64,000 bases of DNA from the human T2T-CHM13v2.0 reference genome, Homo sapiens. Under the pieces are notes generated by a model. The model worked only from the letters and a program-made list of their open reading frames with translations, had not been told where the DNA came from and did no database searches. Position numbers and translations under genes: made by a program. The stretch lies in NCBI RefSeq assembly GCF_009914755.1, contig NC_060928.1. One strand, written 5' to 3'. Of this stretch, positions 38,869 to 53,039 are shown one piece after another (within the stretch, counting starts at the first letter, position 1; each line of letters begins with the position of its first letter).

Positions 38869-41789
38869 TAATCAATTTATTTTTGTTTAGTTTTTAATAG
38901 TATTTTTCCAAATATTTTAAATTTAGTCTTAGTATTAGACTTTGTCAAAGTATTATAATACTGAGCCTAATAGTAGGTTTGATGTATTGAATGTCATACT
39001 TAAAACATATTTAAAAGATTTAAGCAGATTCAAAATAAATAAGTAGCATAATGAAAACAGTTATAGTGCTAGCTGAAAAATTAAACTTTCAATTCCATTG
39101 GACTATATTCATAATAACCTTTTCTAAAAACAAAATAAATGTCGAATGTAATGAATTGCCAGAATGTGATATTTATGAAGCATCAATCAGCATTTTCTTA
39201 TTTTCAAGGAAGGTCATAGCTGCAACTTAGCAGGAATAAAAGTCTCTGCTCCCTCCCCTAAGAAGGATTCATGTGTGTTAAATAAGAGTCACACAGAGAG
39301 AATACCTGTAACCCTACTGTACCATCATTGAGCTCAGAGACTGGCTAACTTGCAAGCACCTTCCTATTTTCCACTACCATGCTATATCATCCCTAGAAAG
39401 TTGAGGAAGCACAGATGGATTCATTTGCACCTACAGTGTCAGCTTTCTCATCTTTCTTTTGATTTTAGCTTTCCTAAAAACCACTCTCAACATTACAGCA
39501 CAGAATAGAATGAACATTTACTGTGAATTGATATTGTAAGTATGATTAATAGGGATGGCTGCCCCTTTTCCTGATATCATGATTCAGTAACAAATAAACA
39601 AAGATGCCTTATTTTCTCTTTTCCCGCCTCTCTCTCATGTACTGGCATACAAAAACTGTGAGCCTCTCAATAAAAAGGCAGGCTGTACATGAACTTAATC
39701 ACTGTATCTATTTCAGAGAAGATATCTGTCTCAAATTGGAGTTAGGGTATGGAGAGTTTTAGTTGACTTCACTTTTTTTTTATTTTAAAGTTTTGATTAG
39801 AGTACTATAATTATAAAATAGGTAGCATAATTATATCTACAAAGTGATGTTGAAAATACTTTAAAAAATAAAACATCCTAATCAAGTAAGTTTTATGGAA
39901 GTATAGGAGCAGGCTTTTAGCACAAAATCTTGGGAAGGAAAAATAGATATCTGACCTTAAAATTTATATATAATCATCACATTGGCCAACGTGCCATTTT
40001 TAAATGACTCCATGTAAATGTATGACTGGTTTTCTCAAACACGGATTCAAGTTTATAACATTTATTTTCCTTTTAATATGCATCTAAATTACTAACTGAC
40101 CAAAACAAAATAAAGTATTGGTAACTTGGGGGGAAATTTCTCTCTCAGTAAGCTAACTAATTGCTTCAATTATTTCAAAATTTTTTCCTATTTTTAAAGG
40201 AAAAAGTCCAATTTTTGGTGCAAAAGTCACAGGCCTAAAAGTGCAATTTGAAATAACTGCAGCAGCTTTTTTCCTCTGATTTTATTTCTTCTTTCTATGT
40301 AGATGCAAAATGCAAAATTTATCTCAAGAGGAATAGTTATCTTTTATTTGCTGATTAAGCTAACCAAATATACATCTTATTATTTTGTTTTGTTTTAGCC
40401 CAGGGTCTAATAAAGTTGTATAAGAATTTCTTGGGCCTCAGCCATTTATTTGAGGTAAATACTGTGGTTTGAGAAAAATTTTCATGTAACTTAATTTCCT
40501 GAGGAAATGATCTATGAAATATTTAACATCTAGTTGCTAGCATACTTTTTAGTGCTAATAACCAACTCCAAAGAGAAAGAAATGGCATTCTTTTTCATTT
40601 TATTCCAGTGGTGTGTGGCATGTTAAAATATGACACATATTTGGAAAAATACATTATATAAAATTAAATGTTAAACCTGTAATGCATCATTTGATTGATT
40701 GAGCAAGATAATTTCTTGAGAAACATTGCTACTAGATTATGGAAAATATATGATCAAGTTGTTAAGATGGCAAAAACCTACATTAATTCTTTAAAACTAG
40801 GGACATTTATGTATTTGGAGAGCACTATTGGGAAAATAAGTAATTGCGTCAACTCATTCATCATTTGCCCTTTATACTTAGAGCTTTAAGAAGAGAATGG
40901 TAAGTGATACTATATCCACTCTTTCTTTGGCATTCAGACAGTAACTTGTTCAATTAAAAATTCTTGTTAGGTCAGACATAATGGATTCTTGTTGTTACTT
41001 TAGTATTTATTCAATGAAAGAGATCAATATTTTTGGCCCCAAGGGAGCTGCACTGATAAGAGACTCTGCAGTAAGTCTCTCTGTTCATTATAAACTTTTG
41101 GCTGGCAGGTGCAGTGTCTGCTGTATGACCAGTTTTAATTAGAACATCAAGGTAGAATGAGAATTCAGACATTCTTTTTCTCTCTTTTTAATAGCATATA
41201 TGCTTTTTAATAGCTTTTTGCCTTCTCCTTCTTCCTTTTCTCTGGTGTGTGCCCTTTTTAGAAGGTATTTCTTAAAGGGAATTTGAGAACAATAGGTCTG
41301 ATTTTGAGAAATTTAACTATTATCCACTTGATCGCATGTGTTTCAAGTTTGAGTAGATTAAATCTGATGATGGTTGTGTAGCCTCATTGTACGAGACAGG
41401 TAGAGAAATAATCATCTTTCATTATCATGCCCACCTTTGCCAAGTTTTTAATGTATCTGTGTTTAAATTTAATGGAACTGATTTGTGATTTTTTTGGAAA
41501 CATGACATTAAATAAAGCCATAAAAAACTCTATTTTGCTTTGCAACTTCAAATGCTTTCTAAATATGGCCTAATGCTCTATTCAAGTAACAAAGTCGTTT
41601 GCAGAATAAGCTGTCACATTCAACAAGCTCTAATTTTGGCTAGATCTATTATTTTACAAATTAAACGAAGGTGCAGGTCTCTGCCTTCCCCGCAACAAAA
41701 TCTTAACCAGACTATCACATTTAATCTGCTAGATGATTTATTAACTTGCCATTTAATTCATTTCATTAAAATACGTAATTCAGTTTATA

Positions 41790-41960
41790 GATTTGAGAGC
41801 TGGCAGAATCTTTTACAAATCATTTAGTTTTGCCCCTTTCTTTTACAGATAAAGAAACTTGAGACCAAGAGAAATTAAATGGCATGCTCAAAGTTACATG
41901 TCAAATGGTTGCTACAGAAACCAGCTCCTCTAATTTAGTTCTCTTTCCAAATAGCATGGC
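41790..41960 (-). mobile_element. MIR/MIR3 SINE
   Basis: 'ttttacagataaagaaacttgagaccaagagaaattaaatggcatgctcaaagttaca'. Confidence 0.7.
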
Positions 41961-44849
41961 AAAGACATTTGTTACTATATATAAAAAACAATACTTGTTT
42001 AAATGTATTTATTAATAGACATACTGATTTGTTTTCATACCCCAATTTACTTAGAGGTATCATAATACAATACATAATGATTTAAACCTGTGGGACATGC
42101 AAAAAGGAATCATGTTTAAAGGTCAGAATACATAAAGGTTAAATGTCAGAGGCCCAGAAATAAGAGGTACAGCTTTTAAGCCTAAACTTTAAATTGTAGG
42201 CTCTGTAAGTGCCAGGACCATGTTTTCTAGGTTTTCATAAAAGTAAACCTTAAAGGTCCGAGAACTCACAGAATATTGTTGCCTGAATAATTAAATATTC
42301 CAAAGAAGGTGAGAATTTCAGAGAATTTTACTTGTTACTAACACCAGTATTTCCCACACTGGAATAATACTATTTGTTTACTTTTCAGTTAACACTCTTA
42401 ATATGAAAAAAACCTGCTTATTTGAAATTAGACATTTCCTGAAGCATATCTGTCTAATCAAAAAAGGTCCTAATCATATTAGGAGAGTGGCAATTATAGT
42501 AGTTTAGACTTTGCGTATAACATAGCGATACATTAGAGGAAAGAAGTATAAAATGCCGAGGCAGGAAATTATTGTTATCAGAAGTATATTTATACTACTG
42601 TGGCCATTAGGCAGACTAAACATAAGAATGACCAAGAAATGGAAAATATCCTCACACCTGCCATTTATAACAGCTAATACATATGGAGTCTACTGCTTGC
42701 CATGCCCAAAGCACCTGATTTTCTCTTTATGACTTTACTGATCAGTTTTTGCATTGTCTGTAATCATGTTGAGACTTCATTTTGGAAGACCTGATACTGT
42801 TGTTTTCTAAGTTCAAATAGAAAAGGGTAATATTCATATGGCACTTTTGTACTTTGGAAAACTCTGTCTCATAATAAGCTGAGGAAACCTGTGGTTACAG
42901 GAAAGAAGAGTAAACAGTATCAGTTATTGAGAGCCTCCTATATGAGAGGCATGTGAGACACCTTCCCTTAGAAAATGGTAAAGGAAGGTATTAGTGTTCT
43001 TAAAAAAATAATAGTAACAGGGAAATCTAGCTATGAAGTGGCAGAATTCAAATCTAGGTCTTCAGAGTTGAAGTCAGGCCTATAGACTCAAGTGACTTCC
43101 GGGGCCAGGGAGGAAAAATGAAATTGTGAAATTTATATGTCTTGTAAATCTTTGCTCTTCACAGTTGTATAGCATTGAATGTCTAAGGCCTTGCTCTTCA
43201 AGACTTGACAGAAATGACTGTTACCGTGTTTTTCAAATGTCTCATCTCACATGAGGTTATGCATTATAGCATTAAGAACTATAACTCCCCTAGAGCTATT
43301 TGTGGCTTAGAATAAGAGTTTTGTTAAGATTTCTTAGTACTTTAGACCTTAAATGGAAAAAATTGCAAAGTGAAATCTATCTTATGGTACATAGTGCTTT
43401 TATACACACATCAATGTGAAGTAGTTCTTTATGAGATTGATTTTGTAGCATTGAACAACAACAACAAAAAGTAAATTACTGAAGGCTGAGACAGGTAAGG
43501 AAACAGAGAAGTCTACCCACATTTCTGAACTCTTTGCTGAAGGCAGCTGTGTCCTAGAACTTACTAGTTTATGACAGACTATACACTGCTTTTGAACTGT
43601 TTCAGATTACTCAGAAACAGCATTCATGGCCAGCCCAGAATTAATGTGTAAATGACCTTTCACAGAACCAGGATGGAGGAAGACGTCACTTAACTTTGGA
43701 AGAGGTGGATATTTAGATGTCATGAACATCTCTAGGCTTCTCTTAGAGCTAAATAGTAAAAGGGTTTCCCTTTCATAAATCTTCATTCTCTTTATAGAAT
43801 GAATGGGTGATATATAGTTCCATCTACTTCTAGATGCTTGCTGTTCATTTGTGTGATGTTTAATGCAAAGCAAGAGGAAGGAAAATGTAGTTCTTTAACA
43901 AAGATCTTTTCAGTATATGTTAAATTTACCACTAGAGATGAAAATACATTGTTTTTTAAGTGTTTGATTTTGTGAGGTCTTTGGGTAGTGGAATCAATTC
44001 ACAGTCAGTTCCATGTAATTTGGATATGTGATTATTACTTAGAATCCCTGATTTCTCTAAGTGTGTAGTTTCTTATAAGACACTAAAACATTTTACTTTA
44101 TCATGCAGATGATTTCTTATGCAAAAGCAGTGCTCTGTAGTGCTTCTACAGAGTTTACAAAAAATGGTTTCATGATACTAATTTTTAAAGTTTTATGTGT
44201 CAGTTTTTTTAATTTTAATGACAAAATTTTCATGACAAAAAAATCAGTATATGGAAGTCATCAGCCCTAGGTTTTAAAAGTAAGAAAAGAAAATGGGAAA
44301 TAGAGTAATATCTTACTTTTTTCAAGAGAAATAAAAGAAAATTAATTGGTAAGAATAATATTGCTTTCACTTCTTATATAAATCTAATGTCTATATCTGC
44401 CCTGCATTTTATGTAATGAGGACTATAGGACAGATTTTACTTTATGAGCATTCATTTTAAATTAAAATAATAACGTAGTCATGATTTTCATTAATTAGAA
44501 ATGCCCTATTCTAACATTTCCTCAGACAGCATGGAATACACTGCTATGGCCTCTAGTAGGACTCTTCAGTGTGACGCTAATTAAAACCAACATTGATTCT
44601 GCTGTTTTATTGACATACATCAAATTTAGAATGAAAAGTAGCTTTTGAGTGACTTTAATTGTCAAAACTATTGAATTAATTTTGATATTTCTGAGGAAAT
44701 GATCTTCATTTAAAGTAAAACTTACTGAGGGTTTGTGTAATCAAATGCCTATCAAAATACTTGATATTCCTGTATAAAACATGCTCTACTAAAGTAGTAT
44801 GTTGAAGATAAGTCAAATCAGCTTTTAGCTATTGTGTGGTATTCTGGAG

Positions 44850-45070
44850 AGGTGTAGGACATTGTAATGTGGATCCTAGACTCAGAGTGGCTGGGTTTGC
44901 CTCAGTCATGCTAGCTGTGTGACTTTGGGTAAGTTACCTACACTCTCTACTACTCAGTATTCTTATCTGTAAATAGGGGATGATGATAAAACCTAGGTAG
45001 GATTGTTGTGAGACTGGAATGAGTTTTATGTAAATGCTTAATACAATTTCTGAGCTGTTAGCTCTTTTTA
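44850..45070 (+). mobile_element. MIR SINE
   Basis: 'ctagctgtgtgactttgggtaagttaccta...ctcagtattcttatctgtaaatagggg'. Confidence 0.82.
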
Positions 45071-46620
45071 TTTTTGTTGTTGCTATCGTTTTTAACACAG
45101 AGTAAGGAGACATGATGTACTCAGGACCAGATTTTAGTTTACTGTTGTTGGATTTTTGTGTTTTGCCATGGAAAATAATGTTTAAATAAGACCACTGTCA
45201 TCACGCTGGAGCTCTGTTTTCCCTAAGTACGGTATTTGAAAGGAATTACGCAATATAGTGTCTTTTCCCAGCTGGGAGAGGCAAGTCACTGCTTAGATGG
45301 CCGGTCCTGGATATGAAGAAATTTGGTCTACTCAGTGTGAGTGACATATTTACCCTCCTCCACCATGAATGTGCCCATGCACTTAGCCATTTCTGCAGAG
45401 TTGCACAGATTCTGTACTTGCTGAAAAATATGCTTGCATGGAAAGGCCTTGTGGCGTATTTTGTGGCATTGAATTGCTACCATCTGTTTCCTAGCCAACG
45501 TTAAAAGAAAAAGAAAAAAGAAGAAGTAGCATTAGAAAATGTGCCATTTTACAAGTGCTACAGTAAAATTTTTTTTACACTTCATTCCCTACCCTCGAAT
45601 ATGTGGATGTAAGAGTGGCTTCAGATACTTTCAGATTTATCAATTCACAGCTGCATTTAATAAAACATTTGAAGTTTATCACAAATGCTTTCACTGTTAA
45701 CTACTACTTCCCCGCACCCCGTGGAATTGGTGGTGCAAGTCTTAATTACATTTTGTGTTATTGACTAATATATATTTTAATATTTATTTTAAAGATATTT
45801 CTTCCCACAACGATATCTGTTCCTAGGCATAGAAGAATGGCATTTTAAGAGAATTTGACATAGTAACTATTAATAGCTTGAAAACTGAAAATTCTGACTC
45901 TTACAATAAAGACTCTATTGTCTTTGGCAATCCCATTTATAATAAAGCATGCTAAGGTGACCTTTATCTTTCTATTAAAAGGTGAATCCATATACAACAT
46001 AATAAATGAGCAAAGGATTGAGAAACCTTAAAGTGCATATGTAGCAATATCAGAGGAAGAAGCTGCTGTACTTTGAATAGCTTTGGTAAGAAAAAGTTAG
46101 CTAAAGTATAGAAGTCTGAAAAGTATTTGGTGACAGAGTCCTGGCATGAATAGTCTTTTTCTACCTTTCGTCATGAAGAATCTCTAACAGTTTAATGAGC
46201 AAATATAAAAATGATAAATGCTAACATTATCATAGAATCCATGGGAGAGACTGCCATCTCCAGTATGAAATTAAGGAGTTACTTTCAAATTGTATCCCAT
46301 TAATGGAAGACAAGAAGAGAAGAAATATGTTATGAGCTTTAAACTATGTTGGCCCCATGTTGAAAACATCAAATTCCTTGTAACACTGAATTTCCATGAG
46401 AGCAGGATTATTTATGCTGTGTTCAGCAATTTATACTCTCAGTATCTAGCCCAGAGCTTCTCAGTAAATGCGTTGAATAACTATATTTACCAGAATGTGA
46501 TTTAAAAAACAACATATTAAGGGTTAAAAAATGTAAGTTCTGTGTTTGTTTTTTTGGTTATCAGGGACAGTGTGCTGGTTAGTAAAGAAAACCAGATTGG
46601 GCCAGATAAAATGGAGTGAT

Positions 46621-46881
46621 TTTGGAGGCAGAGGCAGGAGGATTGCTTGAGGCCAGGAGTTCAAGACCAGCTTGGGCAACATAGCAAGACCTTGTCTCTA
46701 CCAAAAAACAAACAAACAAACAAAAACTGCTTGGTGTGGTGGTGCACGCTTGTTGTCATTGCAACGTGGGAGACTGAGGTGGGAGGATGGAGCCCAGAAG
46801 ATCAAGGCTGCAGTGATCATGCCACTGCACTGCACTCCAGCCTGGGTGACAGAACAAGACCCTGTCTTCAAAACAAAACAA
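46621..46881 (+). mobile_element. 5'-truncated AluJ inserted in a MIR
   Basis: 'ggaggattgcttgaggccaggagttcaagaccagc...aaggctgcagtg...ccagcctgggtgacag'; MIR-like sequence on both sides. Confidence 0.92.
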
Positions 46882-48729
46882 GATGGACACTTTGAAATCT
46901 GCTTCTGGCTTTGCCACTAACTAGTTTTTTGTTTGTATGTTTGTTTACCTTGGGAAAGTCACTTTCTTTTTCTAGGGTTCACTGTTCGTTCTGTAAAGCA
47001 GTGGCCCAGAATTGCAACTGAGGGCACTTTTAGCCTACAGAATTTATAGATGATGGAGTCAACCTGCTATACTGCCCCAAACTACATACTGTTCATACAA
47101 CTGGAACAAGGTAATTTTTCTTGGCTGTCAATGTTGTCAGTTGTGCCATTTAAACCTGTGATTCACTCTTTTGTATTATCAGAGTAACTATCTTTATAAG
47201 TTTATCTGAGGGTAGGGATTCTGCCTTTATCAACTTAGAATGGTACCTGAAACAGTGCTTTTTAAAACCTGATAAAACACTTTCTTCAGTAGTCACAAAA
47301 GTTACCATTTAATGATAGCTAAATCTCCTAGAGCATCTGCCTAGTGTTGGTAGCTAAAGGGTATTTGCTTTCATTTTCATAGGATGTGCATACATGAGTT
47401 CATGTTGATAAAGAGTATGCTATCTAATCAACATACTATCTGAAGATAAAGCACTGGGCGTCTGGTTTTTCTGTTTTTCCCCAGAAATCTCAGAGTGTCC
47501 TGCATAGTCGATCTAGTCTGAAAAGTTTGTTTCTCTATGTTCTTTGAAAATTTGAATTAGATTGCTTTAGAGGGAGCATGCATGTTTCAGTTTGGCATAG
47601 ATGTTGCCACTTGCTATTACTTCTTCTCAACCCACTTGACCCATTTATATAACCTGCCTGGTCCCTGTAGGCCTTTAAGTGTGAACCATGTCTAGACAGA
47701 TCAAGACTGGGCATTTGGTTACTTACATATCTAAAATAAAAGTGATGTCTGTTGGCCTCAGGGGAGACCCTGTTGAATCTATTTATTCTCTTAAAAATAA
47801 AAGTAGAAAACTAAATAAAGATTAAAGAAGTAGACATTTGTGAATCAACTTTTATTTTATTATTTTTTCCAAGCATTAGAGCTCAGACTCTGTAGCACAG
47901 GCCAAAGAAAGGCGTTAGTGAAAAGACAATAAGCTGGCATCAGAGTTCATGATATAAGGGTGCAGGCCCAAAACAGAAAGACGGGAGAGTTATTCTGGTG
48001 AAATGAAGAGTAAGTACCTAGGTGCAAAGGCTGCTAGACAGAAGAAGTTGATTATCTTACTCTGAAAACCAATCCATTAAATAAAGGTCATGCTGCTGGG
48101 GAGAAAGGAATATATTATAGTTTCCTCAACATCTTTAGTATGTTGACATCCTCAACAAAGAAGGCTCTTTCCCCATCATTACTCTAGTGCTTCCCTGACA
48201 AACCCCATTAGAGGTATGTCAGCCATAAGTCTAGATGCTTTTAAACCATTTGTATTTCTGTCTGTATGACTTCTTGGGTTTTTATGTGTAATGCTTGCAG
48301 TATAGATAATATATCTTTTCATTTGTTATACATTTGCCTCCTTTAAACTTAAAGGAACAGCATTCAATTCTGCTATATATGAATTTAGTGAATTGTCACT
48401 AGTGACGATTTTACAGATTTTGATCACATTTATTCTTTGTTTTGGCTTTTGGGGCTAGAAATTCCTGTACTAAATTGTTTAGTGGGATTTCCGCAGATGT
48501 GTTTAAGGAATCATTTTGTGTTATAGATTTTTGAATCCTTTCTGTACATTTCTAATTCATTTTTGTCAATTAGTAAAATATAACTGATCTTCATTTTAGT
48601 CAGGTTTATTTTTCTTGTTTAGACAGTCTTCCCATTTTGTTTTTTGCAAGCTGGGACTTTAGTAAGAAGACAACTGAAATTTAGAAAGAAAGCCTGCATT
48701 TTAATTCTTTTTATTTTTTATAAAAAAAA

Positions 48730-49790
48730 TTTAACCATGAATTCCTAGGCATACTGCTTAACACTCATATTGTGCTCATCTGAAAAATAGGGATAATACC
48801 CAATATTATCAGAGTAGACATCATAATACCCAATATTAAACAGAACAGATACTGTTGTGAGAATACAAAAATTAATGATTAAAAGAAATTGGAAACTTCA
48901 AGTCCTGTACAAGCTTAAATTTTTATTTTCTACTGTAACTATTAGAATGAAACTACCCCCTATTTCATTTGTTTATTTAAAAGATAAGTCTGAATTTTAG
49001 CAAGTGTTTTTTTGATGGTTTCTGACTACCTATGGATGGAGTTTATAAGACCTACATAATATTCCCTGAAACTTTACTAGGGCCAGGCATCTAAGTTCAG
49101 TTTCTGACATTGCCACATAGTGGATGTATAATTTGGGACCAATAAATCATTTATTCTCTTGAGCCTCAAGTTCTACATTTTCTGAATGATAATATAAGCC
49201 TGACCGAGTTATAAGGACTAGAGCTATGAATGCGATTTTTAGAACAGTGCATAGATTAGTTCAGTAAATGTTTCATACTGGTTTGTCTTGATGAATGCAG
49301 ATAACATAAAAAGTACGTATTATACGGCATGACCCAGGTAGAAACACACATATTAGTTCCATTCTCCCCTTCTCATTAAACCTATTTATTTTATTTAATT
49401 TATTTATGTCATATTTACTTATTTAAATACTCTTTTTTTGGTCAAGGTTTAAATAAATTTAAATTATTTAGGTAGAGTCAGCATCTTGGTGTAGAACTGA
49501 CTAGAATCCACAATCCAAAATCACAGGGATATAGTGGGAAAAAAATGCTTGAATAGGAGTCTAAAGATCTTAATTCCAGTTCCAGAGCCACGCCTTGCCA
49601 GCTGTGTTGTTCAGAACAATTTACTTAACCTTCCTGAAATCCATCTCTTTCATTTATAAAAATAGGATAATGATATCTATCCAATGTGCCAAAAAAGACT
49701 GTTGTGAGGATCAAATAAATTAATATGTGTCAAAATGTATTTTAAGCTCTATTGCTTATAATAAATTATAAAAATAAATGCTATTGTTCA
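48730..49790 (+). mobile_element. Three same-strand MIR remnants (about 48730-48910, 49100-49275, 49525-49790)
   Basis: Cores 'ctcatctgaaaaataggg', 'ctcttgagcctcaagtt' and 'ttacttaaccttcctgaa...ctgttgtgaggatcaaat'. Confidence 0.65.
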
Positions 49791-50337
49791 TATTAGACCT
49801 AGCAATGTAAATATTAGGAGTGGCCACTTAACTGGCATATAGACAGATTCTCAGACTTGTAGAAGAAGCAGTAATGACCTAATCCCATGAGGGAAGCCAG
49901 CCAAGATTTTATACCTGCTGGGTAAACTCTCCATTGTAAGGCTTTGTGACTGTGAGCAGTCAACAATTTCCAAAGTGCTGGTCAGGAAATTAAGAGAACA
50001 GATTAAAGTAAAATTGGGTAATGTTTCCCCTGGATCTTGATACTTAAAATTGTTCAACTGAGACACAGCTGATCCTTTCATTTTTTTTTAAGAAAAAACC
50101 TATTATAACTGGCTTTGGCTGCCTATAGTTATGTCATGAATCATGTTTATATGTTGAAAAGATTGTCCCTTTCATCTGCCCTTTCTCTTGCTCCCTGACA
50201 GACATGCAGCTAAGATCTAAAAATATTTCTTTTTTCCTCAAGGGAATTTTCTCCTCAAATCAAAACCCTGGAGTTTTGAGCAAAAATAATTAATGAGCTA
50301 GTAACAAATTGAATTTTAGCTTTTAGAAAACGACTAA

Positions 50338-50746
<409 letters not shown>

Positions 50747-51709
50747 GTGGTACTACTTCAAAGGGCAAAAGAAGCACTTCAGTAGTAAGAAATGGTTTTG
50801 AGCACATATACAAAAAGGAACAGATAGGAGCAAGTACAATATCAAAGCTTAATTTTTACTGTAGATTTTGTATGTTTGCATGCAGGCATGCCAACGCTTA
50901 ATTCATGTTGAGCAAAACTCCTTTAGTAATAAAATCCTTGTGTGTCTACAATTTAGTGCTTTAAACATGTTGTTGCTCTACGTCTGTTCATGATCATAAA
51001 AGAAAAATATTTCAGACTCCAGCAGATCATGACTGTCTAGACAGGTTTCAAAAAGGATATTGCATTATGTGATAATGGAAGTTGTAATATTTCAGCTTAG
51101 GGGCAGATACTTTAAAAATATGGATCTGTTTGGACTGAGTTTTGAAGCCAAATGGGTATCACTACTGATACTTAGTTTACTTATAAGTAAACTGCTATAT
51201 CAAAATTGGGTATTCATTGACATTTCTGAGTAGTATTTTGTTTTGCATCTATTAGGTGAATAGTTTCCCTGAATACTAGTTTAGGTGAATGCTAGGTTCT
51301 CTGAATAAGATTCATTTTTTCCTGTCATCCAGGTTAGTGTCTTCCCATTCATCCATTCAAAATATGTTTGCTGAGCACCTTATATGAATATTGTAACGAG
51401 AGATTTCCTTTTGAGAGTGTGGTCAAGGGAAGCATCTTTAAATAGACAGCATTTAAGCTCAGACCTAAAAAATTACAGCTAGCCCTTCATCTATAAGATG
51501 TGGTTGGACTTTATGCTATCTAAGGCCACATCTATGATTCTATATGTATAAAAGTGATACAATCCAATGTGGCTGGATTTACCATGTTTCTTCATGGATT
51601 TACTTTTCCATTTGAGGACTTTACATGTCTCTGTTGCTGCTTTTCCTCCTTGTCCATCTATTATGTATATATTTTTTCTCCAATTCTGTACCCCTCATCC
51701 ACCGCCATG

Positions 51710-51945
51710 CCCCATGAAAAGAGCACTTGGATTCAGGAAATTGATATCAAGTGCGTTATTCTTATATGGTCTATTGATAAATATGTGATATGGCCAAGTC
51801 ACTTAACCCCTTTGGCCAAAGTTTCCCCGTCTGCAAAATAAGGATAAATATTTGTTGCAACTACTTAATGGGTAGTAGTAGCTGGTTGAGACTTCTATAT
51901 CAAATGTACAAATACATAGGAATGTACTCTGAGAAGTGTTGTGGT
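51710..51945 (+). mobile_element. MIR SINE
   Basis: 'aaaagagcacttggattcagga...tgtgatatggccaagtcacttaacccct...agtttccccgtctgcaaaata'. Confidence 0.78.
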
Positions 51946-51977
51946 ACCTTCATCCCAGAAAAGGTTGACACTAATAG

Positions 51978-52345
<368 letters not shown>

Positions 52346-52964
52346 TTTATTTTCAAGAAGAAGTATAAATTAATGAAAATAAAAGATGTTGCTGTAAAAG
52401 ATGTTACTTCTTCTCCCTAACACACCTAGTATACTAGATTACCTTTAAGTACACCATGTTGTTTTTGGAGAGGTAATAGAGATTAAACATTAGATAATGT
52501 TAAATTAAAATTTCCTTCCCCAATGATAGTTTTGTATTGTCTGAAATTATTTTTCCTGAGAAAATTATTTCAGAGTAGATTGGCTTTCTAAATTACAAGA
52601 TTGTTATTATTTAATGATTAAAAATGTATCTAACATCTTTTTAAAAGGAAATAGATAATTAACTTCAGAAGTTCATGTAAGGATGCATATTTTAATAGCA
52701 AGATATTAGAATTAATTTGTATGTCTAACAAAAAGAGATAGATAAATATATTGTAATATATCCACTTAGCAAAATGCTTTGCAACATTTAAAACTATTGA
52801 TACAAAATTTACACTCACTGACCTGGAAAATAGCTGTGGTATTTTATGGAACAAGAAAGATGAATCAGTCACCTAATATGACCTAATTTTTTTTGAAGAA
52901 ACATATTGATAGGTAGATACAATAATATATAAAGCTCTGGAATATTATGCATCAAAATGTTATG

Positions 52965-53039
52965 CTTCAAGTAATTTCTGGTATTTATCATATATATTAG
53001 TTAATACTTCCAGTAATTACTGGTATTTATCATATATAT
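52965..53039 (+). repeat. Imperfect direct repeat, period 42
   Basis: CTTCAAGTAATTTCTGGTATTTATCATATATAT versus CTTCCAGTAATTACTGGTATTTATCATATATAT (31/33). Confidence 0.85.

Noticed and set aside
48793-48838. Short direct repeats (16-mer twice here; 14-mer twice at 61426-61454)
   Set aside because: Two-copy slippage duplications; no repeat-spacer array, so nothing CRISPR-like
52540-52574. Small AT-rich hairpin (13 of 14 bp)
   Set aside because: Short, low complexity and weak; no supporting context
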